The translations under genes were made by a program, and so were the position numbers. A stretch of 63,766 nt of DNA, counting the filler, from Welwitschia mirabilis (Eukaryota), in assembly GCA_051453625.1 (NCBI GenBank). It is 5 parts of one record of this genome, joined end to end, with 100 filler letters (N's around TTAATTAATTAA, not from the genome) between each part and the next. Parts side by side here need not be neighbours in the genome. Positions count along the whole stretch, not along the records: positions 1 to 27,966 come from JBOZIK010000001.1; 4 more parts are not named here. One strand, given 5' to 3'. Below are positions 13,080-26,510 of the stretch, one piece after another. Under the pieces are notes generated by a model. The model was not told the DNA's origin. It searched no databases and saw only the letters and a list, made by a program, of their open reading frames with translations. Within the stretch, counting starts at the first letter, position 1. Each line of letters opens with the position of its first letter.

Positions 13080-13450
13080 ATTAGGAACTCCTTTTTAAAA
13101 TAAGTAAATATTTGCGTAGTTTAAAAATATGTATTTATTGAGAGAATATTCTTGGCTCTAATTCATCAAGGCATCATATATATCTAGGATTTTAACATTG
13201 TAAAAGTTTATAATACTTAGATGTACTTTAATATTTGTTAGAATTACCTATAATTTGAACATTGTTAAGTTAAGGTATACAACTAATGTCTTACATTCTT
13301 ATAGGATCAAGTCTAGTTTCTTGATTAGTTATGAAGAAAGAAAGTTAGCAGAGACTCTGGGGTTTATCAACTAGTTGTGGACATTATTCCTCAATTTACA
13401 TAATGTAAGGAGAAAGAAGGTATCCTTGTATTCAGGGTGAATATAGTGAC
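13080..13450 (-). pseudogene. Aspartic protease remnant (Tat type)
   Basis: IMSTTS/VHNxLINxRVSANFLS-like segment (the HNCxIDSGASxN equivalent) followed by ILTNIKVHL and KGVPNxI; heavily decayed. Confidence 0.55.
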
Positions 13451-13929
13451 CTTTCCTACTACTTCTATTACATTCATTTCTAGGAATGAAACTTCTATTC
13501 TTTATACATTAGTGAACATGTAGGCATCTATAATATTATTTTGTTAATATTTACTTACTTGAAGGACTTCCAAGATGGATACATTAAATTTGATTTTTTT
13601 TAAATCTTATACCATGTCATATGATGAAATGATTTTCTTTTTTTTCTCTTTTACCCATTTTGATGGATTTTTTATCAAAACTAAAGGTAGGTACCTTTCA
13701 TCTTTAGAAGGTGGTAGAGGATCATTTGAAGAAATATAATTTTGAAGAAATGAATTCTTATTAGGAGGAATAGACATAGTGAATAGATCTTTTCCCTTTA
13801 ATTTTAAATTCTTACTGGTTTCCTTACTAGATTTGAGTCCCATACCATCTCTATTTGTAGCCACAATGCCTCTAGTACAAATGGAGATCTAATAAGCTAT
13901 TATATCTTCTATGGGATTATTAGGCTTGT

Positions 13930-16900
13930 TGTGAAAAATAAAAAATTCTATAGTTGAAATATTTTAAACTAAATGCTTGGAAAATGAAATAACCCAAAAG
14001 TTCTATGGTTGAAAATTCTTATAAGCTTGAAGCTATAATACCAAAATGTAATGCCCCAAAATCTGAAAAATTCAAACTTGCTCTGGTATCCAAATTATAA
14101 AACCACCCTATATAATTAATTCTAAAGATAAAGAATTAATATTAGTCTAAAGATAAATTGTATAAGATATAATTTAATTTGATCATTAAATAAAATTACT
14201 TAACTTATTTAGTCTATTTTACGTTACTCATTCATTAAATGGTAGTAGTAACTTAAAATGTTTTAAAATGATATAATACAGCATTGTTTTTGATTAAAAA
14301 CACCCCATTTTTACCCTAAAGGGCATGGATTAAACTCAAATCCATGAAATGATGTTTAGGAAGTTACATTATAGCCTTTTTTTTTAAAAACATAAGGATT
14401 CAAAATAATAACAGAAATGTTAGAAAATGATAAAATGGAGTACATTTTTGACTGGAAACACCTAGGTTTTATTCCAAAAGGGTATGGATTAAGCTTATTT
14501 TGATACAAATACTATTTAAAAGTTATGTTTTAAGACCTTTAACCTTTTATTGAACAAAAAAATGGTTGATGATTTTGATAAGGAGAAGAATACATTTCTT
14601 GAGAAGGAATAATCGACTAATGCACAAGAGAAAGAAAAACACTGAGATGAGAAGGCATAAAAGAAAGGAAGATACTATGCAAAGAAGATCACATTATAGA
14701 AGATAACTACATCTGAGATTTTACAGAGAAGGCACATAAGCAAAAATGCAATAAAAGTAGCTGAGAGAAATATAGAGGTTAGGGAGAAATTTAATCATGT
14801 AAAAGGAAGTAAAAGGACACATACAGAATTGTAAGAAATCAATCGTGTATTACTGAAAATCATTATAATATGATGGCAGTTATATTTTAAAAGAGCTGTT
14901 TCTTTTATTTAATAGGTGCCTTCTTGATGTAACAGTACAAGAACAAATGGTAGAAGGAAAGGTCGTCGTTACGATACTATAACCTCTCTTTTTCTTTTAC
15001 TTCTTCTTTTATTATGTAAAATAAATATCTAAAAAAATACATTAAGAAAAAATATAATAGATGCATGCTTTATTAACTTAAAAAATCACCACTTAAGGCT
15101 TAAATACAATAATAATTTTAAATGCAACGTTAGAAGAAAAACAAGCAATAACAATCTTCTAGGAGTTATAGAAATGCTCAAGTAATTATTTTTAGAAATA
15201 AAAAAATTCCATAGTAGACACCAAGCTTAAAATCCTTTTGCCTCATTTATCAAAGCATTTCCTACAAAACAGGCATGGTATGAGAACTATACCTCGACAA
15301 TTCCCAGTATGGTTCATGACAAGGTTTAAGGTAAGTGGGTTTTTAAAAATAAGAAAGAATCCNNNNNNNNNNNNNNNNNNNNNNNNNNNNNNNNNNNNNN
15401 NNNNNNNNNNNNNNNNNNNNNNNNNNNNNNNNNNNNNNNNNNNNNNNNNNNNNNNNNNNNNNTTTTACCCATAAAGTGTATGGATTAAGCTTATTTTTAT
15501 AAAAATACTATTTAATAGTTATGTTTTGAGATCTTTAAACTTTTATCAAACAAAAAGATTGTTGCTGATTCCGATAGGGAGAAGAATATGTTTCTTGAGG
15601 AAGGATAACCAGCTGATGCATAAGAGAAAGGAAAACACTGAGATGAGAAGGCATAAAAGAGAGGAAGATAATGTTCAAACAAGATTACATTGCATAAGGT
15701 AACCACATCTAAGGTTTTACAGAGAAGGCACATAAGCCAAAATGCAATAAAAGTGATTAAGAGAAATATAAAGGTTAGAAAGAGATTTGACCATGCATAA
15801 GGGAGGAAAAAGACACACACAGGCTTGTAAGGAAATCAATCCTGCATTGCTAAAAATCATTATAATATGATGGCAATTAAATTTTAAATGAGTCATTTCT
15901 TTTATTTAATAGGTGCCTTCTTAATGTAACAGTAAAAGAACAAACGGTAGAGAGAAAGGTCATCGTTACAATTTTATAACATCTCTTTTTCTTTTACTTC
16001 TTTTGCAAAATAAATATCTAAGAAAATGCATTAAGAAAAAATTTAATAGATGCATGCTTTATTAACTTAAAAATAAGATAGCACTATTATGCAAGAACTA
16101 ATATTTCTTCATTAATGAAATATCACCTCTTAAGGCTTAAATACAATAATAATTTCAAATGCATAGTTACAAGAAAAATAATCAATAACAATCTTTCAGG
16201 AGTTACAGAAATGCTCAAGTACTTATTTTTTAAAAATGAGAGAATTCCATAATAAACACCAAGCTTAAAATTCTTCTGCCTCATTCATCAAAGCTTTTCC
16301 TACAAAATAGGCATAGTGTGCAAAATGTACCTCCACAGTTCCCAGTGTGGTCCATGGCAAGGCTTAATATAAGGGGATTTTTAAGAATAAGAAAGAATCC
16401 ATAAAAAAATATTAGATGATTAAAACCTCAAATCAACACAAAAATCAAGGTAAAATATCCAAGTCTCACAAAAAATTTTAATGAATAGTATGCCCTGTCA
16501 GAAGGGTGTCAATTATCCATTGTCTACTAGATCATTCCTATGATCAATAGGAATCCCTCAGGTGGGTTAACCCCCTAAAGCCACATGTATTATGCAACAG
16601 TTAGATGGATAACTACCTAAATTTGATAGCCACTCCTATGGCTAGTAGGAGCCCTTCAAGTGACCTAGCCTCTAAAGCCATATGATTTGGTCACAATAAG
16701 CTTTAAACATCGAATATGAATTATAGTGAGAATATGCATAAGAAAAGATTTACTTTAAACTCATAAATAATGCAGGATTCAATTAAAAGATAAAGGAATT
16801 ACATGAACCAAACAAGAGATTAACAATTACCATAAAACCATATAAAAGTAGACCATAAAACCATATAAGAATGAAATGGAAGACCAAAAACATATACAAT

Positions 16901-17539
16901 AATTAATGAAAACCATAGAACCATATCGATTTTTGAGAAGAATTCAAGATCTTAAGAAGGTTGCAAGGCTTTAAAGCTTTCCCAGGTTCTAAGACTCAGT
17001 AGCAAGGTTCTCCACAAATGAGAGTAAGGGAAAAGAAGAAGGAGGGTTCTATTTATAATTAAGGTTTGGTGAAATATGAAGAGTCATAAGCATATAAGGA
17101 CAAACATCATAAATGAGGGCAGTTATAAGGTGGTGAAAATTGGTGAATATTCTATGCATATAAAAACAAAACATCATGAATGTGGATGGTTATATGGTGG
17201 GGATTTCCATTATCCAGAAAATAATAAATAATAATTAAGCTTAACAACAATGAGATATTAGCAATAATTAAAACATTCCATAAATATAATAGCAGCTTCA
17301 TTGATAAATAAAATAATAACTCTACACATTAAGAATCCTTTAATCATAATAATTTCAAATTCAAATCCATAATTCATTGACAGTTTTCAAAATGAGCAAT
17401 TGAATGAATAAGCCAAAGCATAAAATAATGATCATAAAACTATTAGTAATAAGAAAAACATACAAGATTTAGAATGAAGTATTAACTTTAAAATATTTTA
17501 AAATTAAGTATTAATTATATGAAATTTGGGACATCGTAC
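13930..17539 (-). repeat. 3' LTR (with ~0.9-kb internal duplication around an N gap)
   Basis: Collinear with ~18100-20728; segment ~14470-15362 recurs at 15463-16400. Confidence 0.85.
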
Positions 17540-18033
17540 TTCTCCACCTCTTTAAGAGGTTTTATTCTCAAAACTAGAAATTGGTAAAATATTTTATTTT
17601 TTAAGATTACTCTATATTTACTTATTTTCATGATAAAGTTGCTCCCTTAACAAGTTGTAGGTAATAAAAATAAATAATTCTAATGCATTTTACATATAAA
17701 TCAATCATACTTCTATATTTGTCATCTTGTTAACACCTTGAAAGTTATAGGATCCATTCTCTTAACTTGCATTATCATTTTCTTAATGAAGTTGCCATCT
17801 TTCTTACCATTGCTTGCTCATGAGCTTCACCCACTAAGTTGTTAACTAGCATTGGATCTTCAGTTTGGGTGGTTCATTGCCCTTCTTAAAGCCATACCAT
17901 TCATGTGGAAATCAACTACACATATCGTAAAGCCAACAATAGTTACACCTAGTGATAGCATCAACTTAACAATGGTTACACTAGTGAATTCATCAACTTA
18001 ATCATAGTTGTTCCCAGTAAATTCGAAACCTAG

Positions 18034-18045
18034 GCTCTGATACCA
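18034..18045 (-). promoter_or_regulatory. Primer-binding site, tRNA-iMet
   Basis: GCTCTGATACCA = reverse complement of TGGTATCAGAGC, 3 nt from the LTR end (TG at 18049). Confidence 0.95.
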
Positions 18046-18048
18046 AAA

Positions 18049-20728
18049 TGTAACATCCTCATTTTCACATTTGCAAATGTTATGTAACTATGATATCAAA
18101 ATGTAATGGCCTAAAATTTTATAGTCAAAAAATCTCCATAAACTTTAACTCCCTAATACTAAAATGAAATTTCAAAAAGTTCTATGGTTGAAACTTCTCA
18201 TAAACTTAAAACTATAATACCAAAATGTAATGCCCCAAAATCCGACAGTTGAAAAATTCAAACTCACTCTGGTATTTAGATTATAAAACCCCTCTATATA
18301 ATTAAATATAAAGCTAAAGACTTAATATTAGTCTAATAAAATTATATAATATGCAATTTAATGTAATCATACTCATTCATCAAATGGCATTAGCAACTTA
18401 AAATGTTTAAAAATGATAAAATAGAGTTTTTTTTTACTAGAAACATGTCTTTTTTATCCTAAAGTATGTGGATTAAACTCAAATCCATAAAATGACATTT
18501 AGGAAGTTACATTCAAGCCTTTTTTTACATTTTTGAAAACATAAGAATTCAAAATACTAACAGATATGTTAGAAAATGATAAAAGAGATTACATTTTTTA
18601 CTAGAAACATCTAGGTTTTAACCTAAAGGGTATGGATTAAGCTAATTGTGATAAAAATACCATTTAAAGGTTATGTTTTAAGACCTTTAACCTTTTATTG
18701 AACAAAAAGATAGTTGTTGATTCTGACAAGGAGAATAATATATTTCTTGAGAAGGAATGATCGGCTAATGCACAAGAGAAAGAAAACAATTGAAATGAGA
18801 AGGCATAAAAGAGAGGATGATAATATGCAAATAAGATCATATTGCAAAAGATAACTACATATGAGAGTTTATAGAGTAGGCACATAAGCAAAAAATGCAA
18901 TAAAAGCAGCTGAGAGAAATATAGAGGTTAGGGAGAAATTTGACCACATGAAAGGGAGGAAAAGGATACATGAAAGCTTGCAAGATATCAATTGTGCATT
19001 ACTGAAAATCATTATAATACAATGGCAGTTACATTTTAAATGAGCTATTTCTTTTATTTAATGAGTGCCTTCTTGATGTAATAGTACAAGAACAAACGGT
19101 AGAAGGAAAGATCGTCATTATGATTCTATAACCTCTTTTTTTGTTTTACTTCTTCTTTTATTATGAAAAATAAATATCTAAAAAAACATTAAGAAAAAAT
19201 CTAATAGATGCATTCTTTATTAACTTAAAAAATGAAATCGCACTATTATACAAGAACTAATATTTCTTCATCAATGAAACATTACCACTTAAGGCTTAAA
19301 TACAATAATAATTTCAAATGCAAGGTTACAAGGAAAACAATCAATAACAACCTTCCATAAGTTACAAAAATGCTCAAGCAATTATTTTTAAAAATGAGAA
19401 AATTCCATTGTAGACACCAAGCTTAAAAGCCTTCTACCTCATTCATCAAAGCTTTTCCTGCAAAGTAGGCATGGTATGAGAAATTGACCTCCATAGTTTC
19501 CAGTATGGTTCATGGCAAGGCTTAAAATAAGAGGGTTTTCAAGAACAAGAAAAAATTCAAAAAAAAAAAATCATATGACTAAGACTTCAAATCAACACAA
19601 AAATCGAGGTAAAATATCCAAGTCTCATGAAAAAGTTCAATGAATAGTATGCCCCATCAGAGGACTGTCAATTATCCATTATCTACTGGATCATTACTAT
19701 GGCTAAAAGAAACCCCTCAGGTGGAATAACCCCCTAAAGCCACATGTATTATGCAATAGGTAGACAGATAACCATCCAAATACTAACAACCACTCTTATG
19801 GCCAGTAGGAGTCCTTCAAGTGGTATAGCCCCTAAAGCTTTATGATTTGGTTACAACCAGCTTTAAACTTTGGATATGAATCATAGTGAGTATATGGATA
19901 AGAAAATATTACTTCAAACTCATAAATAATGTAGGATTCAATTAGAAGATACAAGAAATAGAAGGAATTGCATGAACAAAATAAGAGATTAACAATTACC
20001 ATAAAAGTATACAAGAGATAAAAGTAGGCCATAAAACCATATAAGAATGAAATGGAAGACCAAAAGACCATACAAGAATTAATGAAAACCATAGAACCAT
20101 ACCAATTTTTGAGAAGAATTTAAGATCTCAAGAATATTGTAAGGCTTCAAAGCTTTCCTAGGCTCCAAGACTCAGTAGCAATGATTCTCCACGAATGAAA
20201 GTAAGGGAAAATAAGAAGGAGGCTTCTATTTGTAATTAAGGTTTGGTGGAATATGAAGAGTCATGAGCATATAAGGACAAACATGATAAATAAGGGCAAT
20301 TATAAGGTGGCAAAAGTTGGCAAAGATTATATGCATGTAAAGACAAAACATCATGAGTGAGGGTAATTATACGGTGGGGATTTTCTTTACCTTGCTAGGA
20401 CATCAGGAAAATAATAAAAAACAATTAATCTTAACAATAATGAGATATTAGCAGTAATTGAAACATTTCATAAACATGATAGCAATTTCAATAATAAATA
20501 AAATACTAACTCTACACATTAATCATCCTTTAGTTATAATAATTTTAAATTCAAATCCATAACTCATTGACAGTTTTCACAATGAGTAATTAAATGAATA
20601 AGTCAAAGCACAAAATAATAATTATAAAATTATTAGTAATAAGAAAAACATACAAGATTTAGAATGAAGTATTAACTTTAAAATATTTTGAACTTAAGTA
20701 TTAATTGTATGAAATTTTGGGTGTAACA
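18049..20728 (-). repeat. 5' LTR (~2.7 kb)
   Basis: Begins TGTAACATCC after the PBS and ends GGGTGTAACA before the TSD; high similarity to 13930-17539. Confidence 0.88.
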
Positions 20729-20733
20729 CTTGT

Positions 20734-21850
20734 TCTTATTTTTAAGTGGAATAGAGGTAACATTAAAATTTGTTAATAATTTTGTAATAGTAAATTAATA
20801 GCCTTCAAAATGGGTAGAGGGGGCTATAAAGTAATGGGAAGACCTTTATGATTTCTTATGTGTGAAAGTAATTCTGGTAGTTTTGTATTGAGTGGTTCTT
20901 GATTGTGTGGAATAGATAATAATTGTACAAGAGGAATATGTTAAAGTGTGCCTTTACTAGTTGTGTGAATTACTACTTAAGGTATCAACATGAATTTAGA
21001 AATCACTTTCCTACTTGCTATTTTTGTTTTCCTTAGCTTTTCTCTTGAGAGATCTTTAACTACTTTACATTTTGAGTTAACTTCCGTAACATGTGTCCAA
21101 GTTCTTTGATATCCCCTTTAGTCTCTAAGGTAAAAGATGTATTTATCTAAGTAAGAGGTATATTTGACAGCTAAGGAATAGGATTTAGTAGTAAATGTAA
21201 GGGAGGTGAATATTATGAAGAAGAATAAGAACAAAAACTAGTTGCAACTAAAGGAGGAAAGAAAGATAAAGGTTCCACATACATGATAGGAGTTGGAAGT
21301 TAAGTAGGAAGTAGATTTAATGAGACATGTTTAAATAAATAAAATTAAAATGACAATATGAGGTCACCAACATGAAGTACCCTACATGGAGGGTCTCATT
21401 TATCATATCCCATAAAGTGTTAAGGTTAGGTCTTTGTCCTAAAAAGAATCATGTCATGCTATCCAAATACACCTTTCACATGATCATAATTTAGAAGATA
21501 AAATGTCTTTAGTGAATAGGAATGTGATTAAAGATGACTCAAAAAGTAATTATTAAATAATGTGATTATCTCTATATGCTCTTTCTAAATGATAACAAAC
21601 TATTGATACAAGGTTTCTAAATTCATTTTTCCTCTAAATAGATAGAGAAATAATTAAGCTATCTTATTCCATAAACTAATGAAGTTAAAAGGAATACATA
21701 GTTACCAAAACTAGGTTTATCGTCTAAGATAGTACAGAAACGATTAGTAAGTAATGTCTTCTTAGTTAATGCATAGAAAGTCGAGTCCCCCAGTAAAAGT
21801 GATGATATTGTCTTTTGGGGTTAAGGAAGAGTAGAAGCTCTAAGCTTAAA
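20734..21850 (-). pseudogene. Probable gag remnant of the Tat element
   Basis: Lies between the PBS/5' LTR and the protease and is contiguous with 13924 across the TSD; no crisp motif survives. Confidence 0.45.
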
Positions 21851-22117
21851 GTAACTTATTATGTTCCATTATTATACTATTAAGGGGAGTGAAGTAAAGG
21901 AATTGTTTCAAAGTTAGAAAAGAGGTAGATTGTCTATGTGTAGATTGGTTCAAGAAGAAATAAAACTAGTGGTATAAAATAGATTAAATAAAGATAACTA
22001 GTTAGATATGGTAGTGGGTTTTAAGGGGAGGTTTCTAAAAATGAATCTTTAGAATAGGATGTGATAAAGAAGAATGAAAAGAAAAATAAATATTTTTTAA
22101 CTCCCTTCTTATCCATT

Positions 22118-23988
22118 TGTAGTTGCATGTTAAAGCATGTATGATAGTGGTTATCTATCACAGCTAATTTAAGGTCCTTATTTTATCATTAGATAAGACA
22201 TGATGATGGAAATTCTCTTTTCTAACTTTAGAAAATAAAATAATCATTAATTTCAATGGTGAGGTTTTTGACCTATTTTTGAGGATAGTTGGAAATGAGC
22301 TATCCAAATAATTTTTCTTTAGGTATAGAGTAATCAAAAAATAAGGTTAAAGTGATTGATAACACTTAGTGGCTATGCCTCATAGGAGGAAGGCAAATAA
22401 AATAAAATAAAACAAAAACAAGGAAGAAATATAGAGAAAAGAGAGGATTTTCTTAAAAAATTATATACAGTATTAGTTGTTCCAAGGTCTTTCTATAATA
22501 GGAGAAGATGGATTAGGACTTGTCTATGGAATTAGAGGATCCTAAAGGGTACCTATTTTTCCTAAGTAGGTAATGAGGTTTAGGGAGGAAGTTATAATAC
22601 ATGTAAGAATTGGCCTTTCTTCTTGTAATGTATGTTCTAGATTCACTTTAACACATATAGGTTTTTCAAAATTAAGTCCTTTATTTGCTATTCTTTGAGC
22701 TACTTAATGAATGTAAGTCTTAAGATGTGAAGTACACTATTCTTATTAAAAATACAAAAATTATCAAAAACTCACACTCTTTCTCTCTCTAAAATCATTT
22801 GAGAGATGGTTATATAGTCTTCATCTTATGGGAGAGTAGACAGAGAAGCTATAATATTATATTAATGAATGAAAAGAGAAACTATAAATAACTCAAATAA
22901 ATACATGTAAAGGGAAAGATCATTAGATGTATCTTATAATATCTTCTATATTCTTTTGGTTCCTTTTACTAATGGAAAAATTCTATTTGTCTACTACCCT
23001 AAAATTGAAACTATTATAAAGTAAAGCTAACCACTTAGGATGAAGATGAAGGGATGAGAAAAACCTCTAGTTTATGAACAAATGATTAACCTAAAAGAGG
23101 ACTACAAAATGTGAGATAGTATTAAAAATATTTCTAAGATGTAAAGACCTAGAAGTCGAAGAAAATAAGAGATACTATCCATTTAAAGAAGCAAAGAATA
23201 GGGAGTAATGTAAAAGAATGGAAAGGGAATGGAATGATGATAGCTTATGTAGGTTTTCTTGAATAACTCCAAGGTAGAAGTAATTTTGATAGACTAACAT
23301 AAAAGCATAGTGCTTATGAATGTTGGTATGATTATCATCATTGGAATGATAGTAATCAACATGATTGTAGTTATTAATAGGCTCTAGCGACTTAGTTCCT
23401 GATTGTGTTAAGAAGGATCATTTCATTAGAAGAGCAATATCCTTCCTAGATGTTAATATAGTACTCACCTTGTAGTATAATGTCACATGTATTCTTATTT
23501 AACTTTAGCATGTTATAAGGATTTGATACAATCTTAGGATTATTTAAGATACCAAATAGATGATTTATAATGGATGAAGTCTCAAAATTGGAGATGAAGA
23601 GACAAGTAATCTATAGAAAATACGACAACTAACTATAGGTATATAAACTAATAAGGAGGATTTAACACACTATTGAAATGAATTGAAGGCAAGAAAGAGT
23701 AGGAAAACTAAGTTTTAATGGCTTTTAAATCTAGGGAAGGAGTAAAGGATTAAGCAACTTTTATGAATACATATGGAAGTCTTGATTTTTACACCTACAT
23801 TATTGAAGGAGATGGGATTCCACACTTAGGACATAAGATTCTAAGGGTTATGGAATTGGGAAATGGTATAAGAGATGGTAGAAAGAGGGTAAAGGAAGAA
23901 GAAATAAAGCAAGTATAGAAGAAGGAAGAGCATAATACCCCTGCTTCTATTACAGCCTTGGTTATGCAAGAGGTCACTTTAGTTTATA
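22118..23988 (-). repeat. 5' LTR of the Tat element
   Basis: Starts TGTAG after CTCCCTTCTTATCCATT (PBS-like complement); its right end AGAGGTCACTTTAGTTTATA aligns with AAGGGTCATGTTGGTGTACA at 6992. Confidence 0.7.
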
Positions 23989-26262
23989 TTAGATTGGAAT
24001 TGTGATTGGCTTAGTAAATAGACTAAATTAGCTAAGGGCTGTTAAAATTAATAAATTATTTATTAATTTTATCATTATTTACTTTATTATCATTGATTAA
24101 TAAATAAGCATAGTACATTATGTTATAATAATAATATAAAAGATAAAAGACACCTATGATTTAATAATTTAAATGAGGTTTATTAGAATGTATTATATGA
24201 CATTGAGATTATTAAATGTTGCTAGTTATGATATTAAGAATGGATTTTGCTATTGGTTAAATATTTAGGTAAGGTAGTAATTACCAATTAGTATAAGATG
24301 TCATGTAAATATTATGTGTTAATATTAAATGATAATAATATTCATTAGAACTTGTGAATGTTATCTCAAATAGAGATTAATGGAATTAATGATAAATGTT
24401 AACATTAATAATGACTATGTGATGAATTGAATTAAGTTAAAGGTGACATGATTAACAAATGATAATGATTAAATAAATATATTATATGTTAAATTCTAAA
24501 TAAATTAATGTTAATTAATAAGATTAAGATGTTATAATGATAACATGGAAGGTTAAGGGTTAAGACATGAATGATTTATTGTACATAGTTAATTAATAAA
24601 AAATGAAATTAAATATTTATTTGAATGTTAATATAATTAATGATATATGATCTAATTATTATTAATAGTTGTTATTAATGTTTAGATAGTAATAGTATTT
24701 TTGAAATTTATTAAATGATAGTAGCATGTGTTAATGTTAAATGCAATAAAAGCTTATTTGGAAGTGTTAATTGTTAAGTTTCTTTCTAAACATCAATTAA
24801 TTTTTAATAATAAAATTAGCTATAACAAATATTATTTGTTATATCTATATAAAAATGTAATATTTTAAAGGTTAAATGAGGTGACATGGTTTGAATTGTT
24901 TTAAGTTTCAATGTAAAAGGGTCTATATTAAATGCTTGTTAATGTCACATTAAGGGACCTTGCATGAAAAGGAGGTGGCTCTTTACATGATGAAGAGATA
25001 CCTGGATTATCTATCAAAAGTACGTTAAACCACTAAAGAAGTTAAGCTTACAATTAGAAAAGTATTAATGTCATTATTAGAATAGGAATTAACTAAAGAT
25101 GATAGATTAAAAAAGGGAATATTATTGCACTATAAAGTCCTTAACTAGTAAGCTAGGAAGAGCATTTAGATTTAGATGAAATAAGAAGTTATTGAGGAGC
25201 AGAATACCTTTCATAAATTTTATCTTCATTAGTATGTATGTGACTCTTCCTTTTAGAATTAATATTGACCTCAAAAATGATTTAGTTTCCTACTTTAATT
25301 ACTTAATTTGTTGGTGATATAATGTATATACTTATTAAATAGAAAATTTAGAATTAGAATTATAATTAGAAGTATAGCTCACCAAATTAAATGCATTCAT
25401 TTATTATTGAAAATTTATAGAAGAATTGAAGAAGTAAAATTTTATCAAATAAGTTTATTTTTGAACTTTAGGAAACCAAAGTTAATAGAAATCTTCGATG
25501 TTTTGATAATAATCATTCATGGACCAATAATAAACTATTAAATGTTTACCTTAATTAGGGGAATTTTGCCTGCAAGTAATGAAAATTTTCATTTAGTTAG
25601 AGTATAAATCAAAGTAGATTTATTCATGCTCAAGGTAGTTATCATAGATCTTAATAATCTACAAGCATGACCAAAAAACAAATATTACCATCTATCGAAA
25701 TCAAGAATTGGAAAACATTTAAATAAACTAAAGATCAATGTTGGTATCATTATTTTTCTAAATGAACATTGGTAATTCTTTATGTTCCTATGTTATCTTA
25801 AGCATTTCGTAGTCCTTCTAGCAATTTATATGGATTATAAACTTAACCAAAGTCTAAATAAAATTTATGGGTATTCTCATGCTAATGCTTATTATTAGGC
25901 CTTCTGATAAATGCTTACAACTTTGAAGCAAGGATAACAAAGCCTAAATGCTTTACTATCTCTTCTTATGGTGTCTCCATGAGCATGCCCATAAGTATGA
26001 AAATTAGCTCATCCAAACAACCTTCATATACCACCATATGAAATCATATCTAATATTTTTCTATTATAAGTATTAATACTTTCACGTAAATTATTATACG
26101 ATATTATTATATTAATTACTTTCTTGTATTTTATCATTTTATCAGAGAATAGGATAACTTGTCTTTTCTAAATTCTATATAAACATTCATCACATAGATA
26201 GATCAATCATTTAGGAGAAATGCAACTTTTGCACCTACCTTAAAATTTTATTTAAACTAATG

Positions 26263-26263
<1 letters not shown>

Positions 26264-26336
<73 letters not shown>

Positions 26337-26436
26337 NNNNNNNNNNNNNNNNNNNNNNNNNNNNNNNNNNNNNNNNNNNNNNNNNNNNNNNNNNNNNNNN
26401 NNNNNNNNNNNNNNNNNNNNNNNNNNNNNNNNNNNN

Positions 26437-26506
<70 letters not shown>
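26264..26506. repeat. (CA)n microsatellite spanning a 100-N gap
   Basis: Perfect CA runs on both sides of N 26337-26436. Confidence 0.98.

Positions 26507-26510
<4 letters not shown>

Larger units (their letters stand above)
13930..20728 (-). mobile_element. Non-autonomous chromovirus (Tekay-like) LTR element nested in the Tat element
   Basis: TG...CA termini with a perfect 5-bp TSD CTTGT (13925-13929, 20729-20733), long direct repeats, PBS at 18034-18045, PPT complement at 17540-17550, interior only ~0.5 kb. Confidence 0.88.
4750..23988 (-). mobile_element. Ancient full-length Tat-group Ty3-gypsy element interrupted by a nested insertion
   Basis: Two diverged direct repeats (~4750-6992 and 22118-23988), a PPT-like tract at 6993-7010, a PBS-like remnant at ~22098-22115, and minus-strand PR, aRH, RT, RH and INT remnants. 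The left boundary is uncertain (4720-4756); no TSD recognised. Confidence 0.75.

Noticed and set aside
15512-20092. Related hydrophobic ORFs (15512-15820, 18664-18900, 19832-20092)
   Set aside because: They lie within LTR copies; their similarity follows from the repeat, and ORF boundaries are not conserved between copies.
23989-25260. Extremely AT-rich tract, possibly another LTR remnant
   Set aside because: No termini, TSD or clear second copy could be fixed; left unannotated.
25960-26040. LFG...HTYGHAHGD resembling the mononegaviral L-protein GHP motif
   Set aside because: The proline is absent and no downstream RdRp motifs were found.
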